DNA of 64,000 bases. Source: an uncultured Candidatus Saccharibacteria bacterium (GTDB lineage: Bacteria > Patescibacteriota > Saccharimonadia > Saccharimonadales > UBA10212). The stretch covers positions 23,997 through 87,996 of the forward strand of contig CAZAAL010000003.1 in the NCBI GenBank assembly GCA_964483315.1. The letters run 5' to 3'. This document shows, one piece after another, positions 45,698 through 53,794 of this stretch. Made by a program: the position numbers and the translations under genes. The notes beneath the pieces are model-generated. The model saw only the letters and a program-made list of their open reading frames with translations, was not told where the DNA came from and did not search any database. Within the stretch, counting starts at the first letter, position 1; every line of letters begins with the position of its first letter.

Positions 45698-46597
45698 ATG
45701 TATAGCCAAAACAAAAACAAAAAACATATTCCAGTTCTAAGTGACGCAGTCTTACAATATCTTCAACCAAAAGAGGGTGAATCATACCTAGACCTAACGG
45801 CAGGGTATGGTGGACACGCAGAACTAATTCTGGAACGCACCTTACAGCCAAATATGGCAACTCTTGTAGATCGCGATCAAAATGCAACCATGCATTTAAG
45901 TGAGCGTTTCGGCGAGGGTGAAGGACCAAAAATAGTCAAAAAAGACTATTTTACTGCGTCCAAAGAGCTATTAGCCGAAGCCAAGCAGTTTGATATGATT
46001 TTGGCAGATATCGGCGTGTCGTCACCGCACCTTGACATGGTAAGTAGAGGTTTTTCGTTTACAGGCGAAGGCCCGCTAGACATGCGAATGGATCAAAGCC
46101 AGCACCTTACAGCTGAAATTATAGTAAATGAATACAGCGAACAGGAGTTGGCGGATACTATAAGCAAATATGGCGAGGAACCAGCCGGAAAGGCTATTGC
46201 TAGGCTCATTTGCCAAAACAGGCCAATAAAAACAACAACCGAACTTGCACAAGTCGTTGCCCGCGCTTACAAAACTAAGTATAAGGGGCATAGTAAGGTA
46301 AATCCCGCGACTAAGACCTTCCAGGCACTTAGGATTGCCGTAAACGATGAGCTAGCACAACTAGAACAAAGTTTGGGGCTTTGGGCAGACTTATTAGCCC
46401 CTAGCGGGCGCCTGGCAGTTATAACTTTTCATAGTCTTGAAGATAGGATAGTCAAAAGATTTTTGAAAGAGAACAGTCAAGGCTTAGACGATAAGCTGAC
46501 GCTATTAACCAAAAAACCCGTTACAGCGTCACAACAAGAAATTGATTTTAATCCGCGGGCTCGAAGCGCTAAGCTAAGATCCGCATGTAAAAAATAA
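45698..46597 (+). CDS. rsmH: 16S rRNA (cytosine1402-N4)-methyltransferase RsmH
   Basis: HIPVL N-terminal motif, DLTAGYGGH SAM site, DIGVSSPHLD and TFHSLEDRIVK blocks. The ATG 45698 start is preferred. The GTG 45629 extension would add a Lys/Thr-rich tail encoded by the CA-rich tract. Confidence 0.88.
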   Translation: MYSQNKNKKHIPVLSDAVLQYLQPKEGESYLDLTAGYGGHAELILERTLQPNMATLVDRDQNATMHLSERFGEGEGPKIVKKDYFTASKELLAEAKQFDMILADIGVSSPHLDMVSRGFSFTGEGPLDMRMDQSQHLTAEIIVNEYSEQELADTISKYGEEPAGKAIARLICQNRPIKTTTELAQVVARAYKTKYKGHSKVNPATKTFQALRIAVNDELAQLEQSLGLWADLLAPSGRLAVITFHSLEDRIVKRFLKENSQGLDDKLTLLTKKPVTASQQEIDFNPRARSAKLRSACKK

Positions 46598-46726
46598 AAA
46601 CAAAAACAAAAATAGGAAGGGAAAGCTCATGCCAATACAAGTAAAAAGCACTTCACGCGCATACAAAGTTCAAGTCCGAGTACTTTAGCTAGTAAATTTT
46701 CGTGAAATTGCAATTTTTAGAAAACC

Positions 46727-46755
46727 TCGATTAGGGAGTAATGCTCCCTAATCGA
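46727..46755. repeat. Perfect 12-bp inverted repeat (hairpin) in the rsmH-ftsL spacer
   Basis: TCGATTAGGGAG-taatg-CTCCCTAATCGA. It is not followed by a T-run on either strand. Confidence 0.6.
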
Positions 46756-46815
46756 CCAAAAAAACAAAACAAAAATAAAAACGTTCTCGCACTAAGGTAA
46801 AAACAAAAAATTCAT

Positions 46816-47163
46816 ATGACCTATTCATCATCAGTTTCCGTTAGTCGTCGGCAATATATGCGTCGAGGGCAAAACAGTGTTACGCTTAGTCAAAAAACCA
46901 AAGCACTCGGACCAGTCAGCAATGCTGTTATACTGATTGTGCTTGCTTGTTTAATCGGGCTTTTATATCTTACTCAGGTTACAAAAACCAATAGCTACGG
47001 ATATAAAATCAATGCCCTGGAGCAAGAAAAAACTGCACTAGAAGAGCAAAAGACCAATCTAGAAGTAACTGCAGCCAGACTGCAATCACTTGATCGGGTT
47101 AAAAATAGTGAAGTTGCTAAAAAACTAGTTCAAGTAAGCCCAACCTCAACAGTAAATAACTAG
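46816..47163 (+). CDS. ftsL: FtsL-like cell-division protein
   Basis: 115 aa with one TM helix followed by a coiled coil (INALEQEKTALEEQKTNLEV). Positioned between rsmH and ftsI. Confidence 0.5.
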   Translation: MTYSSSVSVSRRQYMRRGQNSVTLSQKTKALGPVSNAVILIVLACLIGLLYLTQVTKTNSYGYKINALEQEKTALEEQKTNLEVTAARLQSLDRVKNSEVAKKLVQVSPTSTVNN

Positions 47164-47195
47164 TAGAATGAAAAAAGTTCCACCAAGGGGGCAGT

Positions 47196-48932
47196 GTGCC
47201 CAGATTTAGTTCGAATAGTCGCGTCCAATTATGGTATGTGGCTTTAATAGTTATAGGAGCTGTCTTTATTGGCCGGCTTTTTTACTTACAAATTATTAAA
47301 CACGATTTTTATAAAACCCAAGCCAAATCGGGGCAACTAAAGGAATATGTAGTCGAGGCAAAGCGTGGTGTAATCGAAGCTCACGATGGCACGACAGTTG
47401 TACCGGTGGTCTTGAACGAAAGTCTTTATACCTTATTTGCCGACCCAAAATATATTAAAGATCCTCAGAATGTAGCCAAAGAGCTCGCAAATATTACAAA
47501 AGGCGATGCTAAGCAGTACGAATCTGCAATCAAAAAACAAGATACTCGTTACGTAGTCTTGGCCAAAAAGCTAGACAAAAAGGTTAAAGAGCAAATTGAA
47601 AAACTTGATTTTAAAGGGGTTGGTTTACGTGAGGTAAGTTATCGAACGTATCCACAGGGCAACCTAATGGCTCAGGTGCTTGGTTTTGTTGATGATGAAG
47701 GAAACGGGCGCTATGGAGTAGAAGAGGCTTTAAATGAGTCTCTGAAGGGCAAAGACGGGCTACTAAAAGCCATTACTGATGCTAGTGGGGTGCCCCTAGT
47801 ATCTAATACTGACAATATTCAGATTAGCCCCGAGCAAGGAAAACGCGTTGTATTGACACTAGATGTTGCTATGCAAAAACAACTCGAGGACATACTAAAA
47901 CAGGGGCTTGATAATGCAAAAAGCAATTCCGGCAGTGCTTTGATTATGAACGCCAATACCGGCGAAATAAAAGCGGTGGCAAACTTTCCCACTTATAGTC
48001 CAGCAGACTTCGATAAAAGTAACGACGCAAGCGCTTTTAACAATAACGCCTTTAGTTCGCCCTTGGAGCCTGGGTCAGTTATGAAGCCACTAACACTGGC
48101 TGCTGCTCTTGATCAAGGGGTCGTTGCGCCAGAATCGAGCTACTATGATCCTGGTTTTGTCAGAATTGGTGATGCGGTTGTTACAAATGTTGAAGAGGTA
48201 GCCGGAGCTGGTACTCGAAGCATGAGGGATATTCTGCAAAAATCTCTTAATACCGGGGCAACCTACCTATTGCAGCAAATGGGCGGTGGTGAGCTAAACG
48301 AAAAAGGCCGAACTGCGTGGTATGGTTACATGCACGACAGGTACAAATTTGGTCAAAAAACAGGTGTTGAGGTCTACGAAACTGAAGGAGTAACTCCTGA
48401 TCCCAAAAATGGTGACGGTTTAAATATCCGCTTCGCAAACTCAGCTTTTGGCCAAGGCATGAGTGCTACGCCCCTGCAGCTGGCAGCTGCACTTAGTTCG
48501 GTAGTAAACGGTGGTACTTATTACAAGCCAACACTGATTGATAAATACATAGATGAAAACGGACAAGAGCAGGATGTTGGACCAAAAATTGTTCGGGCAA
48601 ACGTTGTTAGCTCGCAAGTTTCAACTACTATTCGTGACTTCATGAAATACGTGGTCGACAACAATAATCGTCCAGCTGTGCGTGATGGCTATGTAGTTGG
48701 CGGTAAAACGGGTACAGCTCAAATTGCTAAATCAGGCGGTGGGTACTATGATGATCGTTATAACGGAATGTATATCGGCTTTGTTGGTGGTGATAAACCA
48801 GAGTATGTCGTGGTTGTACGAGTTAATGAACCGAAGATTGCCGGCTACGCAGGAGCAAGGGCTGCCGGTCCAATATTTGCTTCTATCACCAATATGCTGA
48901 TTGATAGTTTTAACGTTGGTGGCGCCAGATAA
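47196..48932 (+). CDS. ftsI: Class B penicillin-binding protein (FtsI/PBP2-type transpeptidase)
   Basis: N-terminal TM helix and PBP dimerisation domain. Transpeptidase motifs SVMK (SxxK), SLN (SxN) and KTGT. GTG start with an AAGGGGG SD. Confidence 0.85.
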   Translation: MPRFSSNSRVQLWYVALIVIGAVFIGRLFYLQIIKHDFYKTQAKSGQLKEYVVEAKRGVIEAHDGTTVVPVVLNESLYTLFADPKYIKDPQNVAKELANITKGDAKQYESAIKKQDTRYVVLAKKLDKKVKEQIEKLDFKGVGLREVSYRTYPQGNLMAQVLGFVDDEGNGRYGVEEALNESLKGKDGLLKAITDASGVPLVSNTDNIQISPEQGKRVVLTLDVAMQKQLEDILKQGLDNAKSNSGSALIMNANTGEIKAVANFPTYSPADFDKSNDASAFNNNAFSSPLEPGSVMKPLTLAAALDQGVVAPESSYYDPGFVRIGDAVVTNVEEVAGAGTRSMRDILQKSLNTGATYLLQQMGGGELNEKGRTAWYGYMHDRYKFGQKTGVEVYETEGVTPDPKNGDGLNIRFANSAFGQGMSATPLQLAAALSSVVNGGTYYKPTLIDKYIDENGQEQDVGPKIVRANVVSSQVSTTIRDFMKYVVDNNNRPAVRDGYVVGGKTGTAQIAKSGGGYYDDRYNGMYIGFVGGDKPEYVVVVRVNEPKIAGYAGARAAGPIFASITNMLIDSFNVGGAR

Positions 48933-48980
48933 ATAAAATGGTATAATATAGCACCAGATACAGGAAAATAAACATATATC

Positions 48981-50021
48981 ATGACTTCTTTACAAATTAC
49001 CGCCGAGGCTCAGGATTTAGTACAAATATTTGCCCTTGGTTTTTTTGGATTCATCATCAGTATGGCACTGACGCCCTTATACACGACAGCAGCCTATAAG
49101 TACAAATGGTGGAAAACCGCCCGAACAACAGCCGTGACCGGTGAAACAGCCAAAGTTTACCGTAAGTTACATGCCAAAAAACACGATCGTAATATTCCAA
49201 CAATGGCCGGTATTATTTTTGTTACAGCTGTTACTCTGGTTACAATAACTGGTAATCTTAGTCGCTCTGAAACGTGGTTGCCCCTAGCAGCTATGGTTGG
49301 TGCAGGCACTATTGGACTAGTGGATGATGTTCTCAATATACGTAGTTTAGGCAAGGGCATCGCTGGAATGCAAGCCAAAATAAAAGCCCTTTTACTAGTT
49401 GCCGTGGCTACAATTGGTGGTTGGTGGTTCTTTGCCAAACTTGGTGTTGATAGTATTCATATCCCATTTTATGGCGATTTAGGCATAGGTTGGCTAATTG
49501 TGCCACTGTTTGTACTTGTAGTATTTGCCACAGCCAATGCCGTAAACATCACAGATGGGTTAGACGGATTAGCCGGGGGTCTATCAGCAATAGCCTTTGG
49601 TGCGTATGCAATCATAGCCTTTTTGGAGCAAAAATACGGAGTAGCCGGGTTCTGTCTTACAATGACTGGAGCTTTACTTAGCTACACTTGGTTCAATATT
49701 TTTCCAGCAAGATTTTTTATGGGTGATGTTGGTAGTTTCGCCATAGGTACGGCGCTCGGAGTGGTAGCTATGCTAACCGACACAGTTTTATTGTTGCCAG
49801 TAATAGGTGTGATTTTTGTAGCCGAAGCTGGCTCGAGTCTTATCCAGATAATGTCCAAAAAACTGCGTGGTGGCAAAAGAATATTCAAAGTAGCGCCACT
49901 TCATCATCATTTTGAGGCTATTGGTTGGCCAGAGACTAAAGTTACTATGCGTTTTTGGGTGATTGGCCAAGTAGCTGCCTTTATGGGCGTGATATTATTT
50001 ATACTTGGCGGATACGTTTAA
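48981..50021 (+). CDS. mraY: Phospho-N-acetylmuramoyl-pentapeptide transferase
   Basis: Ten-TM protein with NAVNITDGLDGLA, MGDVGS and APLHHHFE motifs. Confidence 0.92.
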   Translation: MTSLQITAEAQDLVQIFALGFFGFIISMALTPLYTTAAYKYKWWKTARTTAVTGETAKVYRKLHAKKHDRNIPTMAGIIFVTAVTLVTITGNLSRSETWLPLAAMVGAGTIGLVDDVLNIRSLGKGIAGMQAKIKALLLVAVATIGGWWFFAKLGVDSIHIPFYGDLGIGWLIVPLFVLVVFATANAVNITDGLDGLAGGLSAIAFGAYAIIAFLEQKYGVAGFCLTMTGALLSYTWFNIFPARFFMGDVGSFAIGTALGVVAMLTDTVLLLPVIGVIFVAEAGSSLIQIMSKKLRGGKRIFKVAPLHHHFEAIGWPETKVTMRFWVIGQVAAFMGVILFILGGYV

Positions 50022-50040
50022 AAATAAAAAAGGAAAATTA

Positions 50041-51312
50041 ATGCGACCAAGACGTCGACCATCTGTCTTAAAAAAAAGCCAGCAGGGTAGTGGTGTTGCA
50101 ATTAGGCGACATCGTCCAGATTACGTATTGGTCATAGTTGTCGCCTTGTTACTAACTATCGGTGTGGTTGTGATTTATTCAATTAGCCCAGGGCTGGCGG
50201 CGATTCGTAATGTTGACGAAAATTACTATGTGTCAAAACAGTTATTGGCTATAGGTCTGGGCATAGTAAGTTTTATTGTGGCGTCGATTATCCCACTTGA
50301 ATGGTGGAAGAAATCAGTTAAACCATTAATCATCTTAGCTATAATTGGGTCAATAGTTGCCTTAATAACCCCCTTAAATGATGTATATCAGGCTCATCGT
50401 TGGATTAGGTTTGGTGGGTTATCTTTTCAAGTAGCAGAATTAATAAAGCTTACCCTAATAATTTGGGGAGCCTTATTTTTATCGATTCAATGGAATAATG
50501 GCTTAATTAACGACTTCAAAAAAACCCTTAGACCTCTCCTGATAGTGATGGGACTATTGTTGATTGTAGTTGCTGGGCTTCAAAGTGATCTTGGCTCGGC
50601 TGGTGTAATGGTAGTGATTTTGTTTGCTATGGCATACACAGTTGGTGTTGATATGCATAAGTTTCTTTTGATTGGGTTGGGAATCGTGCTGGTGGTTTCG
50701 GTATTTGTGCTAACGAGTGAATATAGACGTGATAGATTTAGCACATATTTAAACCCTCAAGCTGATTGTCAGAGTGCCGGCTATCAAGCTTGCCAAGCCT
50801 TAATCGCTGTTGGTAGCGGAGGAATTACAGGACTTGGTTTGGGCCAAAGTGTACAAGCCTATGGATATTTACCCGAAGCTTCAAACGATTCAATATTTGC
50901 AATACTGGCTGAAAAATTTGGCTTTATTGGGGTAAGTATTGTTATCGGGCTTTATGGAATCCTGATAACCAGGCTTAAAAAAATTATTGAACGAACAGCT
51001 GATCAGTTTTACAGACTAATAGTAGTAGGCGTGTTGGCGTGGGTATCAACACAGGCAATAATAAATATTGGTGCTATGATTGGGTTACTCCCCTTAAAAG
51101 GTATTACACTACCATTTATAAGTTATGGTGGAACCAGTCTGTTGTTCGCAACGGGGGCGCTTGGACTAGTTTTTCATATTTCAAGGTATACTAGCTATAG
51201 TGAAATTGAACCAAAAGCCGATGAAAAACTCCAACAACCCAACCATAATCCTAACGGGCGGAGGCTCGGGCGGTCATATAACCCCCATATTGTCAGTCGC
51301 CCGCGAGATTAA
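50041..51312 (+). CDS. ftsW: SEDS family peptidoglycan polymerase FtsW/RodA
   Basis: Polytopic protein with QPSE-like (FQVAELIK), LPEASNDSIFA and LPFISYGGTS motifs. ATG 50041 was chosen for its AAGGAAA SD. ATG 50005 is possible. Confidence 0.85.
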   Translation: MRPRRRPSVLKKSQQGSGVAIRRHRPDYVLVIVVALLLTIGVVVIYSISPGLAAIRNVDENYYVSKQLLAIGLGIVSFIVASIIPLEWWKKSVKPLIILAIIGSIVALITPLNDVYQAHRWIRFGGLSFQVAELIKLTLIIWGALFLSIQWNNGLINDFKKTLRPLLIVMGLLLIVVAGLQSDLGSAGVMVVILFAMAYTVGVDMHKFLLIGLGIVLVVSVFVLTSEYRRDRFSTYLNPQADCQSAGYQACQALIAVGSGGITGLGLGQSVQAYGYLPEASNDSIFAILAEKFGFIGVSIVIGLYGILITRLKKIIERTADQFYRLIVVGVLAWVSTQAIINIGAMIGLLPLKGITLPFISYGGTSLLFATGALGLVFHISRYTSYSEIEPKADEKLQQPNHNPNGRRLGRSYNPHIVSRPRD

Positions 51313-52399
51313 ACGCCTTAAACCCCAATCTAAACTAATTTATATTGGGCAAAAAGGCGATGAGCTAGCCGATATAGTTCTGGACGACGGTACTATTGAT
51401 TTGATAGTCAAAATACGAGCAGGCAAGTGGCGTCGGTATCATGGCGAATCATTTTGGCAACATTTAAGTGATATAAAAACTGTCTTACTCAACCTGAGGG
51501 ATTTAATATACATGGTTATCGGCGTTTTTCAGGCCCATAGAGTGCTTTTTAAGCATAAACCCGATAGTTTGTTTGTAAAGGGTGGGTATGTTGGTCTGCC
51601 GGTCGGTATATCGGCCAAAATTCGTGGCGTGCCTTTTATGACACATGATTCGGATGTAATACCAGGGCTGACAAATAGAATAATTGGTCGTTGGGCAGAA
51701 CTACACGCCGTGGGCATGCCTAGCCAGCAATATGGCTACCCAAAATCTAAAACTGTTTATACGGGTATACCAATTTCAAGTCAATTTAGTTTTGTTGATG
51801 AGTCGACTAAATCAGATTACAAAAAACTGGTTGGACTACCCCAAAAATCAAAGGTAATTTTCACGGTTGGCGGTGGACTAGGTGCAACACGCTTAAATCA
51901 GGCGATACTTGAAATAGCCCCAAGATTACTTAAAGAATATCAAGGCTTGTACTTGGTGAACATTGTTGGTCGGGCCAATATCGACCAACTTAATGTAGCC
52001 TATCAATCGGCACTAGGGCCAGGCCAACTCAGCAGAGTTAAGAATATTGATTTTACAAACGAGCTTTACTTATACAGTGGTTGTGCCGACATTGTAGTTA
52101 TGCGAGCTGGGGCAACCAACATGGCCGAAATGGCTATGCAAGGTAAAGCTTGTATTTTAGTTCCCAACCCACTGTTAACAGGCGGTCACCAGATAAAAAA
52201 TGCTAACACTTGGCAAACTGCTCAGGCAGCAAAGATTTTTAATGAAACTGAACCATCTGCAAAGTTACTGGAAGTCGTAGAACACTTACTTAATCACCCT
52301 AAATCAATTAGCTTGCTCGAATCTAAAATTCAACAGTTTGCTAAAAGTAACTCAGCCGAGTTAATCGCCAAAAAACTAATCGATATTGCTGGCAGGTAA
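51221..52399 (+). CDS. murG: UDP-N-acetylglucosamine--N-acetylmuramyl-(pentapeptide) pyrophosphoryl-undecaprenol N-acetylglucosamine transferase
   Basis: N-terminal G-loop ILTGGGSGGHITP and a C-terminal GT-B domain (MRAGATNMAEM). The start (51221 or 51200) lies inside the 3' end of ftsW. Confidence 0.85.
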   Translation: MKNSNNPTIILTGGGSGGHITPILSVAREIKRLKPQSKLIYIGQKGDELADIVLDDGTIDLIVKIRAGKWRRYHGESFWQHLSDIKTVLLNLRDLIYMVIGVFQAHRVLFKHKPDSLFVKGGYVGLPVGISAKIRGVPFMTHDSDVIPGLTNRIIGRWAELHAVGMPSQQYGYPKSKTVYTGIPISSQFSFVDESTKSDYKKLVGLPQKSKVIFTVGGGLGATRLNQAILEIAPRLLKEYQGLYLVNIVGRANIDQLNVAYQSALGPGQLSRVKNIDFTNELYLYSGCADIVVMRAGATNMAEMAMQGKACILVPNPLLTGGHQIKNANTWQTAQAAKIFNETEPSAKLLEVVEHLLNHPKSISLLESKIQQFAKSNSAELIAKKLIDIAGR

Positions 52400-52401
52400 G
52401 T

Positions 52402-53244
52402 ATGGCGCTATTTAAAAAACGACAAAAATCAGAAAGATCAGCTAGCGAGAAGCCTAGGAGTATGCAAACACAACAGTACTACAAGGGCAAAACACAACCA
52501 AAACCACAAATAGATAACAAGAAAAAATCACCATGGCTACTTTATGTAACACTAATTTGTATATTTTTAGGCTTTATATATAGCGTTGTGATAAGCCCTG
52601 ACGCCTCACTAAGTGTTAACTCCGAGGTTTATCGAGCAAAATCAGCATATCTTAACAAAGTAAATCAGCTATTGGCAGAACCGTTAAATCGCAATAAGCT
52701 GACAATCAACACTAAACAGATTGAGCAAGCATTAAAAGTCGAATTTCCGGAGATAACTAGTACCAGTTTTAGTATCCCACTTATTGGCCAAACTCCATCT
52801 GTTGGCATCAAAGTCGTAGATCCTGTACTGGTTTTAAATAATGGTTCCGATAAATTCATAATTGATAAGCAGGGAAGAGCAGTTGTAAAAAATCCAACAC
52901 AAGACGTATCTGGACTAGTAAAGCTAACCGACCAGTCGGGATTCGAGGTAAAGTTAGGGCAACAAGTTCTGACAACCGAAGAGGTATCGTTTATCAGCTA
53001 TCTTAACAAACAAGCCAAACAAAAGAGTCTAGACATTAAAGAGTTTGTTCTACCATCAGCAACTCCAGCTGAACTGTATATGTATCAAAATAATAAATCT
53101 TACTTTGTAAAGTTTTTTATGGGTGGATCGGCCGATATTCAACTAGGTAGCTATCTGGCCATAGAGCCCGAGCTTAAAGCTCAATCAATAGCACCAGAGC
53201 AGTATGTTGATGTCAGGGTAGAGGAAAGAGTTTTTGTAAAGTAA
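52402..53244 (+). CDS. ftsQ: FtsQ/DivIB-like cell-division protein
   Basis: Basic N-terminus, a single TM helix, and an extracytoplasmic POTRA-like plus beta domain. Located after murG. Confidence 0.5.
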   Translation: MALFKKRQKSERSASEKPRSMQTQQYYKGKTQPKPQIDNKKKSPWLLYVTLICIFLGFIYSVVISPDASLSVNSEVYRAKSAYLNKVNQLLAEPLNRNKLTINTKQIEQALKVEFPEITSTSFSIPLIGQTPSVGIKVVDPVLVLNNGSDKFIIDKQGRAVVKNPTQDVSGLVKLTDQSGFEVKLGQQVLTTEEVSFISYLNKQAKQKSLDIKEFVLPSATPAELYMYQNNKSYFVKFFMGGSADIQLGSYLAIEPELKAQSIAPEQYVDVRVEERVFVK

Positions 53245-53405
53245 GCTTAGTGGATTTTAAATCTATTTAACTTAGTAGGCTCATACAATTTACTGTTTGG
53301 CGAACCAGCTCATGTTTAAAGCCCCACTCTCCCCCTTCAAGTTCGTATTTTGTTCGACTACTGAAAAAAACAAAAAAACTATATAAATATATATTAGGGC
53401 AGTGA

Positions 53406-53558
53406 TGTCAAATATTGTCAAAATTTTAATAAATAAAGGGTAGCGGGGCAAAAAACATATAATGAGTGGAAACGACGCAAAATGCAAATGCTTGAACATA
53501 TGGCTGTGGAAAAGTCAAACAATGTCAAAAATAGTACAACTAGCTGACGTGGGTCAAA
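53406..53558. repeat. Five (T/A/G)GTCAAA motifs, two pairs in a 10-bp register
   Basis: TGTCAAA at 53406 and 53416. AGTCAAA at 53513 and TGTCAAA at 53523. GGTCAAA at 53552, within GTGGGTCAAA. All lie in a 550-bp AT-rich non-coding gap. Confidence 0.4.
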
Positions 53559-53794
53559 CTGGATAGTAATGAATAATAAAACAACTGCAGGGGTAAATAT
53601 TTAATAAATATTAGACTATTAGCGCAAGTTACTTCCCTAGGGATAGGTATAGATAATCATCTGTATATAGCATATATAGAGTCGCAAAATATACATTGTG
53701 CGACGTAATGTATATATATGGATTTGGTATTCTCCTCCACGTCTTTAATCCCTATTTTTTAATCCAACTACAAATTTTTTATTACAATTTATAT

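Noticed and set aside
46778-46790. The shared 13-14-mer GTTCTCGCACTAA occurs in the rsmH-ftsL spacer (about 46778) and in the candidate RNA (about 61303).
   Set aside because: A back-of-envelope estimate gives about 2e9 position pairs against 2.7e8 possible 14-mers. Several exact 14-mer coincidences are therefore expected in 64 kb, and more with AT bias. There is no flanking similarity.
53290-53499. A 69-aa minus-strand ORF in the AT-rich gap after ftsQ.
   Set aside because: Its Phe/Ile/Leu-rich composition is what AT-rich non-coding DNA yields on translation. It has no SD and no recognisable motif. I treat the gap as non-coding.
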